A stretch of 62,938 nt of DNA, filler included, from Octopus bimaculoides (Eukaryota), in the NCBI RefSeq assembly GCF_001194135.2. It is 5 parts of 5 records of this genome, joined end to end, with 100 filler letters (N's around TTAATTAATTAA, not from the genome) between each part and the next. Parts side by side here need not be neighbours in the genome. Positions count along the whole stretch, not along the records: positions 1 to 23,377 come from NC_068995.1; positions 23,478 to 36,654 come from NC_068981.1; 3 more parts are not named here. One strand, 5' to 3'. Below, piece by piece: positions 12,386-25,050 of this stretch (position 1 is the first letter of the stretch; each line of letters begins with the position of its first letter). The notes under the pieces were generated by a model. That model was given only the letters and a program-made list of their open reading frames with translations, was not told the origin of the DNA and did no database searches. The position numbers and the translations under genes are program-made.

Positions 12386-13171
12386 NNNNNNNNNNNNNNN
12401 NNNNNNNNNNNNNNNNNNNNNNNNNNNNNNNNNNNNNNNNNNNNNNNNNNNNNNNNNNNNNNNNNNNNNNNNNNNNNNNNNNNNNNNNNNNNNNNNNNNN
12501 NNNNNNNNNNNNNNNNNNNNNNNNNNNNNNNNNNNNNNNNNNNNNNNNNNNNNNNNNNNNNNNNNNNNNNNNNNNNNNNNNNNNNNNNNNNNNNNNNNNN
12601 NNNNNNNNNNNNNNNNNNNNNNNNNNNNNNNNNNNNNNNNNNNNNNNNNNNNNNNNNNNNNNNNNNNNNNNNNNNNNNNNNNNNNNNNNNNNNNNNNNNN
12701 NNNNNNNNNNNNNNNNNNNNNNNNNNNNNNNNNNNNNNNNNNNNNNNNNNNNNNNNNNNNNNNNNNNNNNNNNNNNNNNNNNNNNNNNNNNNNNNNNNNN
12801 NNNNNNNNNNNNNNNNNNNNNNNNNNNNNNNNNNNNNNNNNNNNNNNNNNNNNNNNNNNNNNNNNNNNNNNNNNNNNNNNNNNNNNNNNNNNNNNNNNNN
12901 NNNNNNNNNNNNNNNNNNNNNNNNNNNNNNNNNNNNNNNNNNNNNNNNNNNNNNNNNNNNNNNNNNNNNNNNNNNNNNNNNNNNNNNNNNNNNNNNNNNN
13001 NNNNNNNNNNNNNNNNNNNNNNNNNNNNNNNNNNNNNNNNNNNNNNNNNNNNNNNNNNNNNNNNNNNNNNNNNNNNNNNNNNNNNNNNNNNNNNNNNNNN
13101 NNNNNNNNNNNNNNNNNNNNNNNNNNNNNNNNNNNNNNNNNNNNNNNNNNNNNNNNNNNNNNNNNNNNNNN

Positions 13172-13229
<58 letters not shown>

Positions 13230-13233
<4 letters not shown>

Positions 13234-13306
13234 TCACTGCCTAGAATTGAACTCGGAATCTTGGGGTTAGTAGCCCGCGCTCTTAACCACTACGCCATAT
13301 ACCCGT
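13230..13306 (-). mobile_element. tRNA-derived SINE head (Pol III A/B boxes)
   Basis: TGGCGTAGTGG A-box, GAGTTCAATTC B-box-like, loop CTACTAA; lacks a proper acceptor stem, so not called a tRNA. Confidence 0.7.
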
Positions 13307-13320
13307 GGAATGAGAACCCA

Positions 13321-13795
13321 AGTGTTGGTGGAATTTCGAGGGGTTGTTGCACTCTGTGCTTGTCTAGATGGTCATGATGTGAACGCTATCCTTTATGCTC
13401 AACAGCTGCAGTAAGTATATGATACTTTGAAAGCCTGCTACCCGACATTGCTCAATTGAAGACGTGCAATCCTACAGCATAAGAATGCTTCAGCACACAC
13501 TACCAATGTGACCAAGCGCAAACTTGAAGAACTTGATGAACTGGAAGTCTGCGTCACTCTGCCTACAGTCCAGACCTTGCACCTTTTCCGGGCCATGGGT
13601 AATTTCCTGTATGGACGAAGGTTCGACAATGTGGCTCGATATTAACAGCTAAAACCCTTGAAGATGTTACTCCAACATGGTCAAAACTGGAAAATCCTTA
13701 GAATGACATCAATGGTAGATGGTCGGACTACAAATTTCTTAAACTTAGCTTCATCCACCTATATTTTGAGTTTGACCTGGCTCCGATATATTAAA
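13321..13795 (+). mobile_element. Mariner transposase remnant, C-terminal part
   Basis: WWNFEG, AILQHKNASAHTTNVTKRKLEEL, AYSPDLAP, FRAMGNFLYGRRFDN. Confidence 0.85.
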
Positions 13796-14144
13796 TACTA
13801 GCAGCGTCGTGAATTGATTCAATGAATTATACAAGTTTATTACTTGTGTCTAAGTTAAAATCATTATTTGTGAGTGTGTGTATGTATGTGTGTGTGTCTG
13901 TGTGTGTGCTNNNNNNNNNNNNNNNNNNNNNNNNNNNNNNNNNNNNNNNNNNNNNNNNNNNNNNNNNNNNNNNNNNNNNNNNNNNNNNNNNNNNNNNNNN
14001 NNNNNNNNNNNNNNNNNNNNNNNNNNNNNNNNNNNNNNNNNNNNNNNNNNNNNNNNNNNNNNNNNNNNNNNNNNNNNNNNNNNNNNNNNNNNNNNNNNNN
14101 NNNNNNNNNNNNNNNNNNNNNNNNNNNNNNNNNNNNNNNNNNNN

Positions 14145-14175
<31 letters not shown>

Positions 14176-14282
14176 CGTGTGTGTGCTTGTTACTATTTAT
14201 AGATTTGTTGATTATTAAGTATCTTGGCGACATACACAGAGACGAGACCTTGTACCGTTAAGTCAATATCCCATCGACTATA

Positions 14283-14511
14283 GGGCGACGAGGTAGCAGA
14301 ATCGTTAGCACGTTGGGCGAATGCTTAGCAGTATTTCGTCTGCCGTTACGTTCTGAGTTCAAATTCGCCGAGGTCGACTTTACTTTCATCCTTTTGGGCT
14401 CGATTAAATAAGTACCAGTTACGCTCTGGGGTCGATGTAATCGACTTAATCCCCTTGTCTGTCCTTGTTTGTCCCCTCTATGTTTAGCCCCATGTGAGCA
14501 ATAAAGAAATA
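14283..14511 (+). mobile_element. SINE family A (GGCGGCGAGCTGGCAGAA... type)
   Basis: tRNA-like head with TTCTGAGTTCAAATTC B-box; at least a dozen related copies in the window. Confidence 0.85.
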
Positions 14512-15613
14512 AATATCCCATCGACTTGCCAAGTTGCAACAAGGGAAAGTTATACAATACACAGAGAAGAATCTATTGTATGTCTGGAGGACTAAATCTT
14601 ATCAGGTAAAAGTTACTGTTCTGTCTGACTGATATTTATGATGAAGAAACAATAACGTTCATTGTTTTAAGGACAGATTGTGTAACGTATCTCAAATTCA
14701 ATTTACTTATCGATTATTGTATAGACTTTCCTCAATAATTAATGTCTGAAATAGTTTTGATACCATCCAGTTCTTGCTTTGCTGTTTGCATCTCTATAAT
14801 CTCACGTATTGTTTTATCAATTATTCCTCTGTAATTCCATGAAATGTTACGGAAATCGTCGTCTATCTTAATGAGGTTAGCCAATTTTCTAAACGTTATA
14901 ATTACATTAATGTTTTTAATAGACACGAGGCCCCGGATTTATGCAACATTAATGATAAAGTTATATAACGTTTATGATTATTTGCATATGTATTTATTAT
15001 AATTATTTCTACGTCTTCTGGGAACAATGTGTTTATGTATGAGGGGGGGGCGCATGCATGCGCGTGTGTGTTTGTACCCTTTCAGCTTCCGAGAAAAGGA
15101 AAAACGCTCCAGTGGCTCACGTGGTAATACTATAAGCAGCTTCAAGCTGAAGTTAGCGCGTGTTTATCACTCACAAAACATGACAACCAATGAGGGAAAT
15201 ATTAAAAATGTAGCTGTCTGTGACTCAGAAATGAGACAAGAACGTTTGGGTGTTCATAAAAATTTTTCATACTGTTTCATATTTTTGCCCACTGTGAAAA
15301 GATGTTGCGCAAAAGTTCAACCTGAAGCCTTCAGGGTCATCTTAGAATCTTGGCGACCTTCAGATCCGGGTTCCTGTTGAAGCTACTTATCTCTCATCAA
15401 CATCAATTCCTTGCCAAGGATCAGAATGCAGTTTCTATATCAAAGCCTTGTTGGAAAAGTAACCAAGGTGAATAAGTTTATCATGAATTATCATATGTCA
15501 TGAAAGCCATAGATGATATCAAAGCAAACTGAGTGGAAGTAAGCCAAAATTGCAGAAGAAACTATGGCATGAAGCATGCAATTGTTACCTGCACTATTAC
15601 GAAGAAATAATAA

Positions 15614-15832
15614 GGCGGTGAACTGGCAGAGCCGTTAGCACGCTGGGCAAAGTGATTAGCGGTATTTCGTCCATCCTTACATTCTGAGTTCAAATTCTGC
15701 CGAGGTGGGCTTGGCCTTTCATCCTTTCGTGGTCGATAAAATAAAGCACTAGTTGAACACTGGGGTCGATGTAACTGACTTAAGCCCTCCCTCGAAATAA
15801 CTGGACTTATGCCAAAATCTGATACCAATATT
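15614..15832 (+). mobile_element. SINE family A
   Basis: Homology to other copies. Confidence 0.85.
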
Positions 15833-16057
15833 ACGAAGGAATAGTACAACTGTCAAGAATGATATCGTTGAGTAGGGCAATGAATGGATAATGCAATATG
15901 TTGACAGAATTGGAGGAATTAATCGAGTCCTCTCTTGGTAAGAATTTGCCCATAGAAGAGCTACTGGAGTTATCACAGCAAGATATCTAAAATGTACCTG
16001 ACGATTACAGTAGAGCTAGTAATTCCAGAAAGAATCCTTACAGCTTAGTTCTTCAGG

Positions 16058-16280
16058 TTCCCCAGTAACAGCATCACTAGTCTGCTGGAGATCATGAACC
16101 AGTTTAATGAAAATGAGCTTGATTGTGAACGCTATAGCAAAGCAAAGAGAAGTGTTCGGGACATGATATACTGCCATCGTGAATAGTATCGTGTGATCAA
16201 CCTCGGGGAAACGTTAATGACATTAGATGAATTCTTCGAAAAGACCCCCGAAAGTCCACAGTCTGAACCCTCGTCTCAGG
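16058..16280 (+). mobile_element. Possible Tigger/pogo transposase C-terminal remnant
   Basis: NELDCERYSKAKRSVRDMIYCHRE*YRV...MTLDEFFEK resembles the Tigger C-terminus (ER-S-KV...CY.EIY...TLD.FF). Confidence 0.45.
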
Positions 16281-16431
16281 TATCACTTTCTTTGTCCTAT
16301 TTCTCTCTACTGCTTTTCAACTAAATTAATATATATATATATATATAGCGTGTGAATGTATACGTGTTCCTTCATTATATATATTTATTATGACTCCATC
16401 TTTTATTAACATCATCTACATACTATATATA

Positions 16432-16601
16432 GGTGCAGGCTTGGCTGTAAGGTAAGAAGCTTGCTTCCTAGCTTCCTAACCACATGATTCTGGGTTCAGT
16501 TTCGCTGCGTAGCATCTTGGACAAGTGTCTCCTACTATAACTTCGGGCCAACCAAAGCCTTGTGAGTCGATTTGGTTGACGGAAACTAAAAGAAACCCGT
16601 C

Positions 16602-16602
<1 letters not shown>
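16432..16602 (+). mobile_element. SINE family B, 5' half
   Basis: GGTGCAGGCTTGGCTGT...GGGTTCAGTT...CCAAAGCCTTGTGAG...CCCGTCG. Confidence 0.85.
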
Positions 16603-16649
<47 letters not shown>

Positions 16650-16654
<5 letters not shown>

Positions 16655-17298
16655 GATCAATAAATATCCGGACTGTAACGAAGCCAAAGCACGCAGAGTG
16701 AAACCCCTTGGTCCTGATTGACCTTGCTCTCTGCTGTGCATGCGCACTAACCTTTAACGTTCTAGTTCACTTCCACTGTTTACAGAAGTGCTTGGAAGGA
16801 ACGTGTGTCGTGTGATTGTCGCATTGATCATACAGAGAAATTTGAACAGAGAATCTGCATCAAATTTTGCAGCGCAAAGTTGCAGAAAGTGTATGGAGAA
16901 GAATATATGAGCCGCACACAAGTGTACGAGTGGTTCAGACGTTTCCAAGATGGCCGAAAAAATGTCGATAGCGACGAACTTTCTGGGAGACCCGCAATCA
17001 GCAGAACTGAGAAAAAACATCGCCAATGTGCGTGCAACTGATTTACCATCCGTGAGTTATCAGAGGATGTGCAGATTAGTTACGGTTCAGTTCAGTCCAT
17101 TATCACTGAAGATTTGAGTATGAGACGCGTCACACGTTACTTCCAAGCACTGCTGTAAACAGTAGAAGTGAGCTAGAACGTTGAAACTCTGTGTACATGC
17201 ACAGCAGAGTTCAAGGGTCAATTTGTATCAAACGGCTTCGCGCTGCATGCTTTAGCGTCGTTACTATAGCAACAGTCCGGATACTTATTGATCAGACC
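16650..17298 (+). mobile_element. Internally deleted mariner with long (~150 bp) inverted ends
   Basis: TIR 16650-16676 vs 17272-17298 (25/27); inner IR 16756-16798 vs 17140-17182 (40/43); internal EQRICIKFC...MSRTQVYEWFRRFQDGRKNVDSDELSGRP; sits in (TA)n/(TG)n. Confidence 0.9.
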
Positions 17299-19206
17299 AT
17301 GTGTGTGTGTGTGTGTGCGTGTGCTTTTGTCTGAAAGGGAGAGAGAAGGAAAGAGAGTAAATAGTAGTAAATGAGGGTAGATGTATGTACGCACACAATA
17401 TTCTCTCCCGGAGTATCGATCATTGACAAAGGTTCCTCAATCCCCAATTATGCGTGTGTGTGTGTGTGTACCTTAATATCGAACAATGAGAATGAGTAGT
17501 CAATACCACATTGGTGGATAAAAATTCTTTATTTATGGGTTAAGACTACAATTGACTTCATGTTAAGAGAGAAAATCAAGATGGAGAGGAGCACCGATGT
17601 TCCACGTGATAGACTTGATAACTGTTAAGAGATTTCTCTCTTAACAGGAAACTAATGGTAGTCTTAACCCATGAATAGAAAAAGTATGTATATATATATT
17701 TATAAATATAAATGCATACATGCATATGTACATATATACTTCTTGTGTGTGTGTGTGTATGTGTGTGTCCATGAAGAAGTGATGTACAGAATGACACACG
17801 CCAAAAATTCGTAATTAAAAATTCCCTGCTGGTTGGAGGAAAACCAACGATAATTGTCAGTGACCCTTAGAAGGAGCGGGGATATAATTCCAAGAATTTA
17901 AGAATTAGTTTAACAAAATTAATGTATATACTTAGAGGACACTTTACTCTTTGTTTGCAAGCAAATGAGACAGCTTCGGTGATGTTAGAGTTGGATTGGA
18001 CTTCGGAGAAGTATACCATAGTCTGCTCGAGATGGCTTCGAAAATCTTTCGTGTTTGTCATTGAGTACATCATCCTTTAAGTAATTAATCTAAATTTATG
18101 CCTTTAGTCTACTTGAACTATTTCCTTTAGTTGTGCGTGTGTGCGTGTATGTATGTATGTATAAGCACGCCTATAAATGGATCAATTCATAGGCACCGCT
18201 GTACACAAATACATACATGTATGTGTATGTGCGTGTAAGTATGTATATTTACGTATAAGGCATTTGCAAATATTTATAAAATATTATTTTTATCTAATAA
18301 GCAAACTTTGTTTTTTTTGTTTTGTTTTGTTCTATAAATTGATTAATTCATCGTTAAAAAAAGATGTCTTAAAGCTAACTAATATAATTATCAATCTTCT
18401 GAAAATGTTTCTTTTAAACAGCTACACATTTAAACCAGCACCATTGTAATTAATTCAATGAAATCAGCTTCTCTGTTATTTCATTTACCAAATGTATGAA
18501 AATTTCATAAAATCGAATACATAGTTCTCCTTTCTGGTTTAACTGAAAATGAACGTGTTTTTTAAAGATTGTTTTGTATTTGCGGAGTTTACTATATAAA
18601 CACACACTTCATATTACTTTATATTATCTTATAACACATTGTTATCTGCAGTTAGTATCTAAATTGATAAAAAAAAAAAAAGAACTGATTTCACAAGTGC
18701 TAAATTACGCATGAATAACCTTTTTCGAGCAGCAGACCGCATGAGCTATTGCTCATCATGAATAGTATGCCATTTTGAAGGTCAAAAATGACGCATGCCG
18801 CCTGTGGCTTGCCAATTTCCCATGACCATTTTAAATCGTAACCAGTTCTTTCTTCTTGTAAAATTATCCATCCCAATGTAGCAATATAGTATCTTATGTA
18901 AACGAGTTCTCAGGACAGTTTAGGAGCCAGAGATACAAAATGTAACTCACTCTCCAGTAAATATATTCTGTGTAAACACCCTTTTGACACACATAAGACA
19001 ATAACGAGGCTATATAATGGATTGATATTACTTATCTGCCAGTGGTTAAGCGGAAGTTGACGTACTTAATGTCCTGAGTTGAAAACATTAATTAAATTAC
19101 ATTCATAATGAAGAGAAAAATGAATTATTAATTCTCCAGAAACGGGAAATAGACACTCAGCATCAGTGACTACTACTACAACATTTTGATCGCATCCTTT
19201 CATTAT

Positions 19207-19340
19207 AACATTGGTTTCAGATTTTGGCACGAGGCCAGCAAGTTCGGGTGGTGAGGAGTAAGTCAATTATATCGACCCAGTGCTCAACTGGTATTTATTT
19301 TATCGACCCCAAAAGGATGAAAAACAAAGTTCACCTTGAC
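19207..19340 (-). mobile_element. SINE family A, 3' part
   Basis: Reverse complement of family A tail. Confidence 0.75.
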
Positions 19341-20500
19341 TGATAAAGCTTAGATATGTTCTACGTGAACAGTTATTGTTTATCATTCCCAACACTAAAA
19401 GTCAATGTAATTGGATAACTGACCAGAAATTTCCAACAAATCTTGTCATCTGCTCTAAATACAATAGCCATAAAAAGGATTAAAATTTCATATCTTTGAA
19501 CAGATTTAGCTGCTCTCGGTGAAAGATAGCTCTTTAGCAGAGTCAGGTTAATTTCTTCTAAATTTACTCTAACGAAGTCTGAAATGATTGTTTTGAGATA
19601 TCTGGAATTAATATCACTGTAACCTCGGAAAAGGTTGAAGTTGTCAATGCGTGATAGGTTTTTTTGAGTTAATGTTTGCTGTTTGAGAGACGGAATTATG
19701 CTAAATATTTGATAATACCTGTGATTGTGAAAAATGTTTTTGTTGCAAAAGTAAGATTTGTTCTAATATTACAACCAAAGGGTAGAATTGTACCATATTT
19801 AGTGTTTAAATTATGTGTGGATGTGGGACTTGTTATGTTTGTTATTTAACAAATTTTATGTTTCAGTGCGTCATTCTAATATTTAAGGAGATCTGGTGGA
19901 AAGAAACACTATATGAGGATATAGTTGACAAGAGTATGGTGATATTTTCAACTAGCTCCTTGAATGAAAGCAGATGGTTGCTTGGTGCTTTTGCCGACTT
20001 GTAGAAGTCTTTCATTGAAAGTTTTGAAAGGTGTGTCACTGTCGATATCTAGGTTTAATATAAAATCAAGGAAATTAACTGTATTTAGGTATGCATTTAT
20101 TATAATTTGTTTAGACTAAGTTCTATTAAATTATCGCTGAGATTTTTCCTAACATTGATTAATTAGGTACCGTTCATATTTTATGATATTATAAGATCAT
20201 TATCGCAAAATAAACCACATAGGAGGTTACTGAATTTCGTGTATATGTTTAGTATGTAGAGTCCTATGATTTTACAAATATCGGCTGATTCTTTGTCATC
20301 CACCAAAGGTATTTAGAAGGAAAGCATGCATTATAGTCTGGCATGTATTATATTCTTGATTACCTGCTTGTGATGTAATTTTCTGCGAAGGTAAATACTT
20401 TAAAAGGAGGGGCTTAGTTATTGAGTAGTAGAGTTCTAGAATGTAAAACTGAGTAAATTTGTGCAGGTATTTTCTGTCAATATTGGTGGCCCGTTTCTAA

Positions 20501-20697
20501 GGCAGCGAGCCGTTCAAAATGCTTAGCAGTATTTCGCTCGGCTCTAACGCTCTGAATTTAAATTCTACTGAGGTCAACTTTACCTTTCATCTTCTCGGGG
20601 TCGATAAAATAAGAACCAGTTGAACACTGGGGTCAATGTAATCGACTTATCCCTCCCTCAAATTTGCTGGTGTTGTGCCAAAATGTGAAATCAATAT
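20501..20697 (+). mobile_element. SINE family A
   Basis: Homology to other copies. Confidence 0.8.
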
Positions 20698-22284
20698 TGC
20701 TTTGTTTATATATATATTTCTACATAGCAACAAAGAATATCTTCAAGAATTTTCTTGTTCACCACTTCTCAGTCAAGGTGGTTCTGTAAATAACACTCTT
20801 CCGTATAAAACCATCACATTTACTGCCAGTTCCATGTTGTATATACGCAACAAAAAAGATCTGATTTCTCATATCACCTTACCTGTCTCACACTATGCAC
20901 ACAGAAGTGAGAAAAATTTTCCGATTATTTCAATCCAACAAGGCCAACGTCTCTTGCGGCGCATTTTCTGTTGCCCTTAAGCCGTCCATGTCAGGATTAT
21001 TTTCTCTCCTCACCAAACTCTGAAGAAGTATTTACACCAATTTATGGAAACGTGGTGAGTTATTATTTTTTAAAAAATTTTATCCTTTCTCAGTGACAAC
21101 TAGCAGTTTTTGTGCAGCTAATTCTACTAGAGACTTCCACTCTGGCATAACAAATAGCGATGTCTTTCCATTAGAAACTTCAGTAAAAACTAACTCTGCA
21201 TAAAATGGCCATTTAGTTGATCAGCAGAGACCCACTCGTCATCATACTTTATTAGTAACCCAATTAAACCAAAGACGAAATCCTTTTGAAGACCATTCGG
21301 CCCAGTAGAAATCTTCAAATTACACCCTGCTGTCTTAAAAAGGAAGAACATATAGACAGTGATGACCAAGGTACACAAAAAGACACGGTAGTCACAGCTA
21401 AAAAGCTTTTATTATATGACTGTTGGATCAAGATGATCTGGGAGCTAAACAACAACATCAAAAATAAAACCAACAAATCCAGAGGCGCATTGTTTCTTCT
21501 CAATGTGTTTTCAATCGCTACTTCAGTTATTTCTGCTCCTCTGAAGTGTTAACCAGCATTCTATCTCTGCTCCAAGTCCTCTGGTAAACCCACTTTGTAT
21601 CAAATACATCAATTTCACTGATATAAGATGGCCTTCAAGGACCAAAATGCCGATTCTCTTTCTCCATTTTAGTAACAATTATAAATTGTGTTCTTTTCTC
21701 TCTCTCTCGGACATTTTTACTCTTTCTTAAATTCAATTATACAACTTTGTGACTGTCTTTTTATTAAATACATTAAGAGGAGCAGCATTGCGCATTGACA
21801 TTGTAGGTTCCTCTTAACTATGACGCACAAATAAATGGGTGAGGTTTTATGTGGTTAATGTTCTGCTTAAACTTTTGAATGTCAGAGAAAAGGCGAAAAC
21901 ACATGCTTGATAGATTTCCGACTCAATATAGAAACGACCTATTACAAATAATCCAGCAGAAAATAAGTCGGATATATGACTTTATTCCCAACTTGTAAAT
22001 AAAAACATTTTTCTAAATACTATATGTAACTATTCCTAATCACATTGTTTTTATTTACAACTAAATATTGTCCTATTTCTGTGTCTTGTAATCGATCTTT
22101 TAGGTAGAACACATGATTTAATATTTTAAGTCAATGTTCAGAGCCGCCAAAACAAATGGAAGAATAATGATGCTTTCAAATTTTGACACGAGGCCAGCAA
22201 TTTCAGGGGAAGTAGTAAATCAATTACGTCGACCCAAGTGCTCGGCTGGTACTTATTTTATCGACCTCTTCACAAGTTAACAAT

Positions 22285-22800
22285 TCTTGGATAGTGCCAT
22301 ACAATCCATATCTGACAGTAAAATACAACACCCACATCAACGTCGAGGTTGTACACTCTGTCCAAGAAGTGAAGTACTTATACAAATACATCACAAAAGG
22401 ACAAGATCGAATCATCTTCTCAACATCGGAAACAGGACAGACAATTCTCACATTAAACGAAATAGAAAACTTCGTAAACGCTCGATACATCTCTTTAAAT
22501 GAAGCATTCTGGAAGGTGTATGGATTTTACATACACCAAAAGTATCCTACAGTCGAAAAGCTACCCTGTCATTTACCTAACGAGCAGACTGCACGATTCG
22601 ACTCGACTTCTGTCGCTGCGGCCGTGGAACGCGGACTACCGATAACTAAACTGACAGCTTATTTTCAAGCAAACAAACACGACGAAAAAGACCGACAGAT
22701 TTTATACCAAGATTTTCCTAAATATTACATCTGGAACAATAAAACCAAGTCGTGGCAAAAACGAAAACGAGATACAACAGATGATAATACATACTGCTGT
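22285..22800 (+). mobile_element. Helitron Rep/Helicase fragment
   Basis: WIVPYNPYL...HINVEVV..V..VKYLYKYITKGQDR...NEIENFVNARYIS..EAFW...LPCHLPNEQ...TKLTAYF..N...YQDFPKYYIW. Confidence 0.92.
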
Positions 22801-22853
22801 TATGATTTTCCTCCCTCATTTTATGCCTCCATCGTAGGTGGGTAGGTTTGCTA

Positions 22854-22888
<35 letters not shown>

Positions 22889-22935
22889 NNNNNNNNNNNN
22901 NNNNNNNNNNNNNNNNNNNNNNNNNNNNNNNNNNN

Positions 22936-23002
22936 GAAGAAGAAGAAGAAGAAGAAGAAGAAGAAGAAGAAGAAGAAGAAGAAGAAGAAGAAGAAGAAGA
23001 AG

Positions 23003-23032
<30 letters not shown>
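22936..23032. repeat. (GAA)n microsatellite
   Basis: Direct reading. Confidence 0.98.
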
Positions 23033-23033
<1 letters not shown>

Positions 23034-23074
23034 TTACAAATTATAAAAAGAGAAAGTTTACAAATTATAAAATA

Positions 23075-23377
23075 CTAGCAGTATAACCCGTCGTTGTCCG
23101 GGTGTGACTTATTACGCCATCTACGATAAGTCTTGCTAGCTGAAAATCAACTAAAAGAGAAAGTCTTACAATGAAAAAACCCTTATGATGTAAATATGTT
23201 CATAATTCAAAAGACGAAATTAATAGGGAAAGTCTGAAGGCTGTTTTGTGTAACATTATTAAGTGTACGTAAATTTCATCCGTCTAATTGGCTATACAAA
23301 TGCTTGTGCAAAACAACTTTTTGCGCTGCCTTGATTATACATAGCAGGGTAATTCCTTTTCGCAGGAGGTAGGGCGG
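23075..23377 (-). mobile_element. Non-autonomous Helitron 3' end
   Basis: Minus strand: ACCCG-GACAACGA-CGGGT hairpin, then TATACTG-CTAG-T; inverted near-identical copy at 26469-26691. Confidence 0.75.
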
Positions 23378-23477
23378 NNNNNNNNNNNNNNNNNNNNNNN
23401 NNNNNNNNNNNNNNNNNNNNNTTAATTAATTAANNNNNNNNNNNNNNNNNNNNNNNNNNNNNNNNNNNNNNNNNNNN
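23378..23477. other. Assembly join marker 44N-TTAATTAATTAA-44N (also at 36699, 59215, 61720)
   Basis: The same 12-mer centred in N runs four times; technical, not biological. Confidence 0.9.
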
Positions 23478-23508
<31 letters not shown>

Positions 23509-24169
23509 GAATTTGTGTATTTAATCATGCATGTATGTGTGTGCAAATATGTGCGTATATGTAGTGTCGAAGCTCAAAAATTCAATTCTATAGATACAAT
23601 GAAGTAGCATAAAGTGAATGAGAGGCAAATCGCGCCTACACACTGCACTGTTTATATAAACAGATACTCACACCCACATACACATATACGCGCATAATAC
23701 CTTAGCAGAGAGATATGGATTTTATGGCTGCAACAAAGGCAGTTTCTGATCACTACAAATTGCAGACGACGAGCATAGAATAGAGGGTCACTAATTTTAT
23801 AGGACAACCTCTTGGAATTGGTCACGCGATAAAATTTGTGAGTATTATTGAACTGAAATGCTGTCGAATGTAACTCTGCATTCTGAGCAAAGGTTGCATC
23901 AAGCAATATTTCGAGAGCGACCCTTAAATGGTTACTCTTTTACATTAGTTCGTGTCTAGTTCACTGGAGAAAAATAGGAACACCAGTGAAGCTACTTACA
24001 GAGATCGAAATATTACCTAGCAGCAACATGTGTGTCTTGAGTGTCACCTTCCACTTGTCTGCTAAAATAATCTAATTCTAAGATTAAGAATGCTCTATTT
24101 ATTGGATTGCAGTGCCCTTTTTATAAGTGATATCGGTAAAAATAGAGAGAATTTATAATATGAATGGCA

Positions 24170-25050
24170 AGCACAATCTTTCACAATCTCTCCCTCTGTT
24201 CTAGATTCTGAATAGTTGCTGAGATTTCTCGATGTTTTAAAACAAACTACCAATCTTCTCATTGACTCCAAAAGCAACTGTGTGGACCACCGCAAGTTTT
24301 CTTATAATCAATCCAGCCAATAGCAAAGTTCTTCCTTACTCATACCTCATTTAATATTAAGCGATCAATATAAAACAGATCAGTAGTTCCCCTTTATTTC
24401 TTTGTGAATCCCATGGTAATACATTCTTCTTCTCCTGGAAGCTATACAGTTCCTTTACTATGAAGGTGGTTAATGATTTCTAGAGTAATGCTAAGTATGT
24501 GATAGCTCCATAATAACTGACTTCGTTTGCCCTTTCTCTATCCTCATGTCAGCACTGCCCTCCCTTCTTTCATCCATCTTGATGCTCTACTTTCTACACA
24601 ATCAGTAGCAAACGGATTATACAGCTGTACATATTTGAGAGATTTTTCAAACTAGAATCCCTGAAAGCCATCTGGTCCAGGGGCTTTCCAATTTGCTATT
24701 TTCTTAAGCAAAGCTTTCACTTTCTTATCTGTAATATATATATTCTCTTCTTTCGCATCATCTTCCATTTCAGTTTTAAATTTCCATAACCAGTCTGCTT
24801 CCATATTATATTGAACCTCTTTGCCCCAAATATCTGACCAAAAGTTCCCTGCTGCTCCAACATTTGGTGCATCATTCTCCTGTTCATTCTTTATGTTCAG
24901 CTGTTGGTGAAATTTCCAATCATTTTTTTTTCTGAATAAAACTCGGTGTGTTCCTGCAGAATAATGGATTATTGCCCACTACACCAAGAATGTTATGTGA
25001 AGTCTACAGTGGTTGAAACCACCATTAAACCAGTAGAAACTAGCTAAACA
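24170..25050 (-). mobile_element. Old R4-clade RT remnant
   Basis: FWSDIWG, NWKAPGPDGFQG and degenerate NYRPI / LP.EQKG..RG.TD / VPHS motifs. Confidence 0.75.

Larger units (their letters stand above)
11882..13320 (-). mobile_element. Composite tRNA-head / (AAT)n / hammerhead-bearing SINE-like element inserted in the mariner
   Basis: tRNA-like head 13230-13306, (TAA)n tracts, Penelope-pLTR-like tail 11882-12060; mariner reading resumes right after 13320; same family at ~31799-32037; middle is a gap. Confidence 0.7.

Noticed and set aside
13230-13306. tRNA gene
   Set aside because: Has A/B boxes but no paired acceptor stem, and is attached to (AAT)n; it is a SINE head
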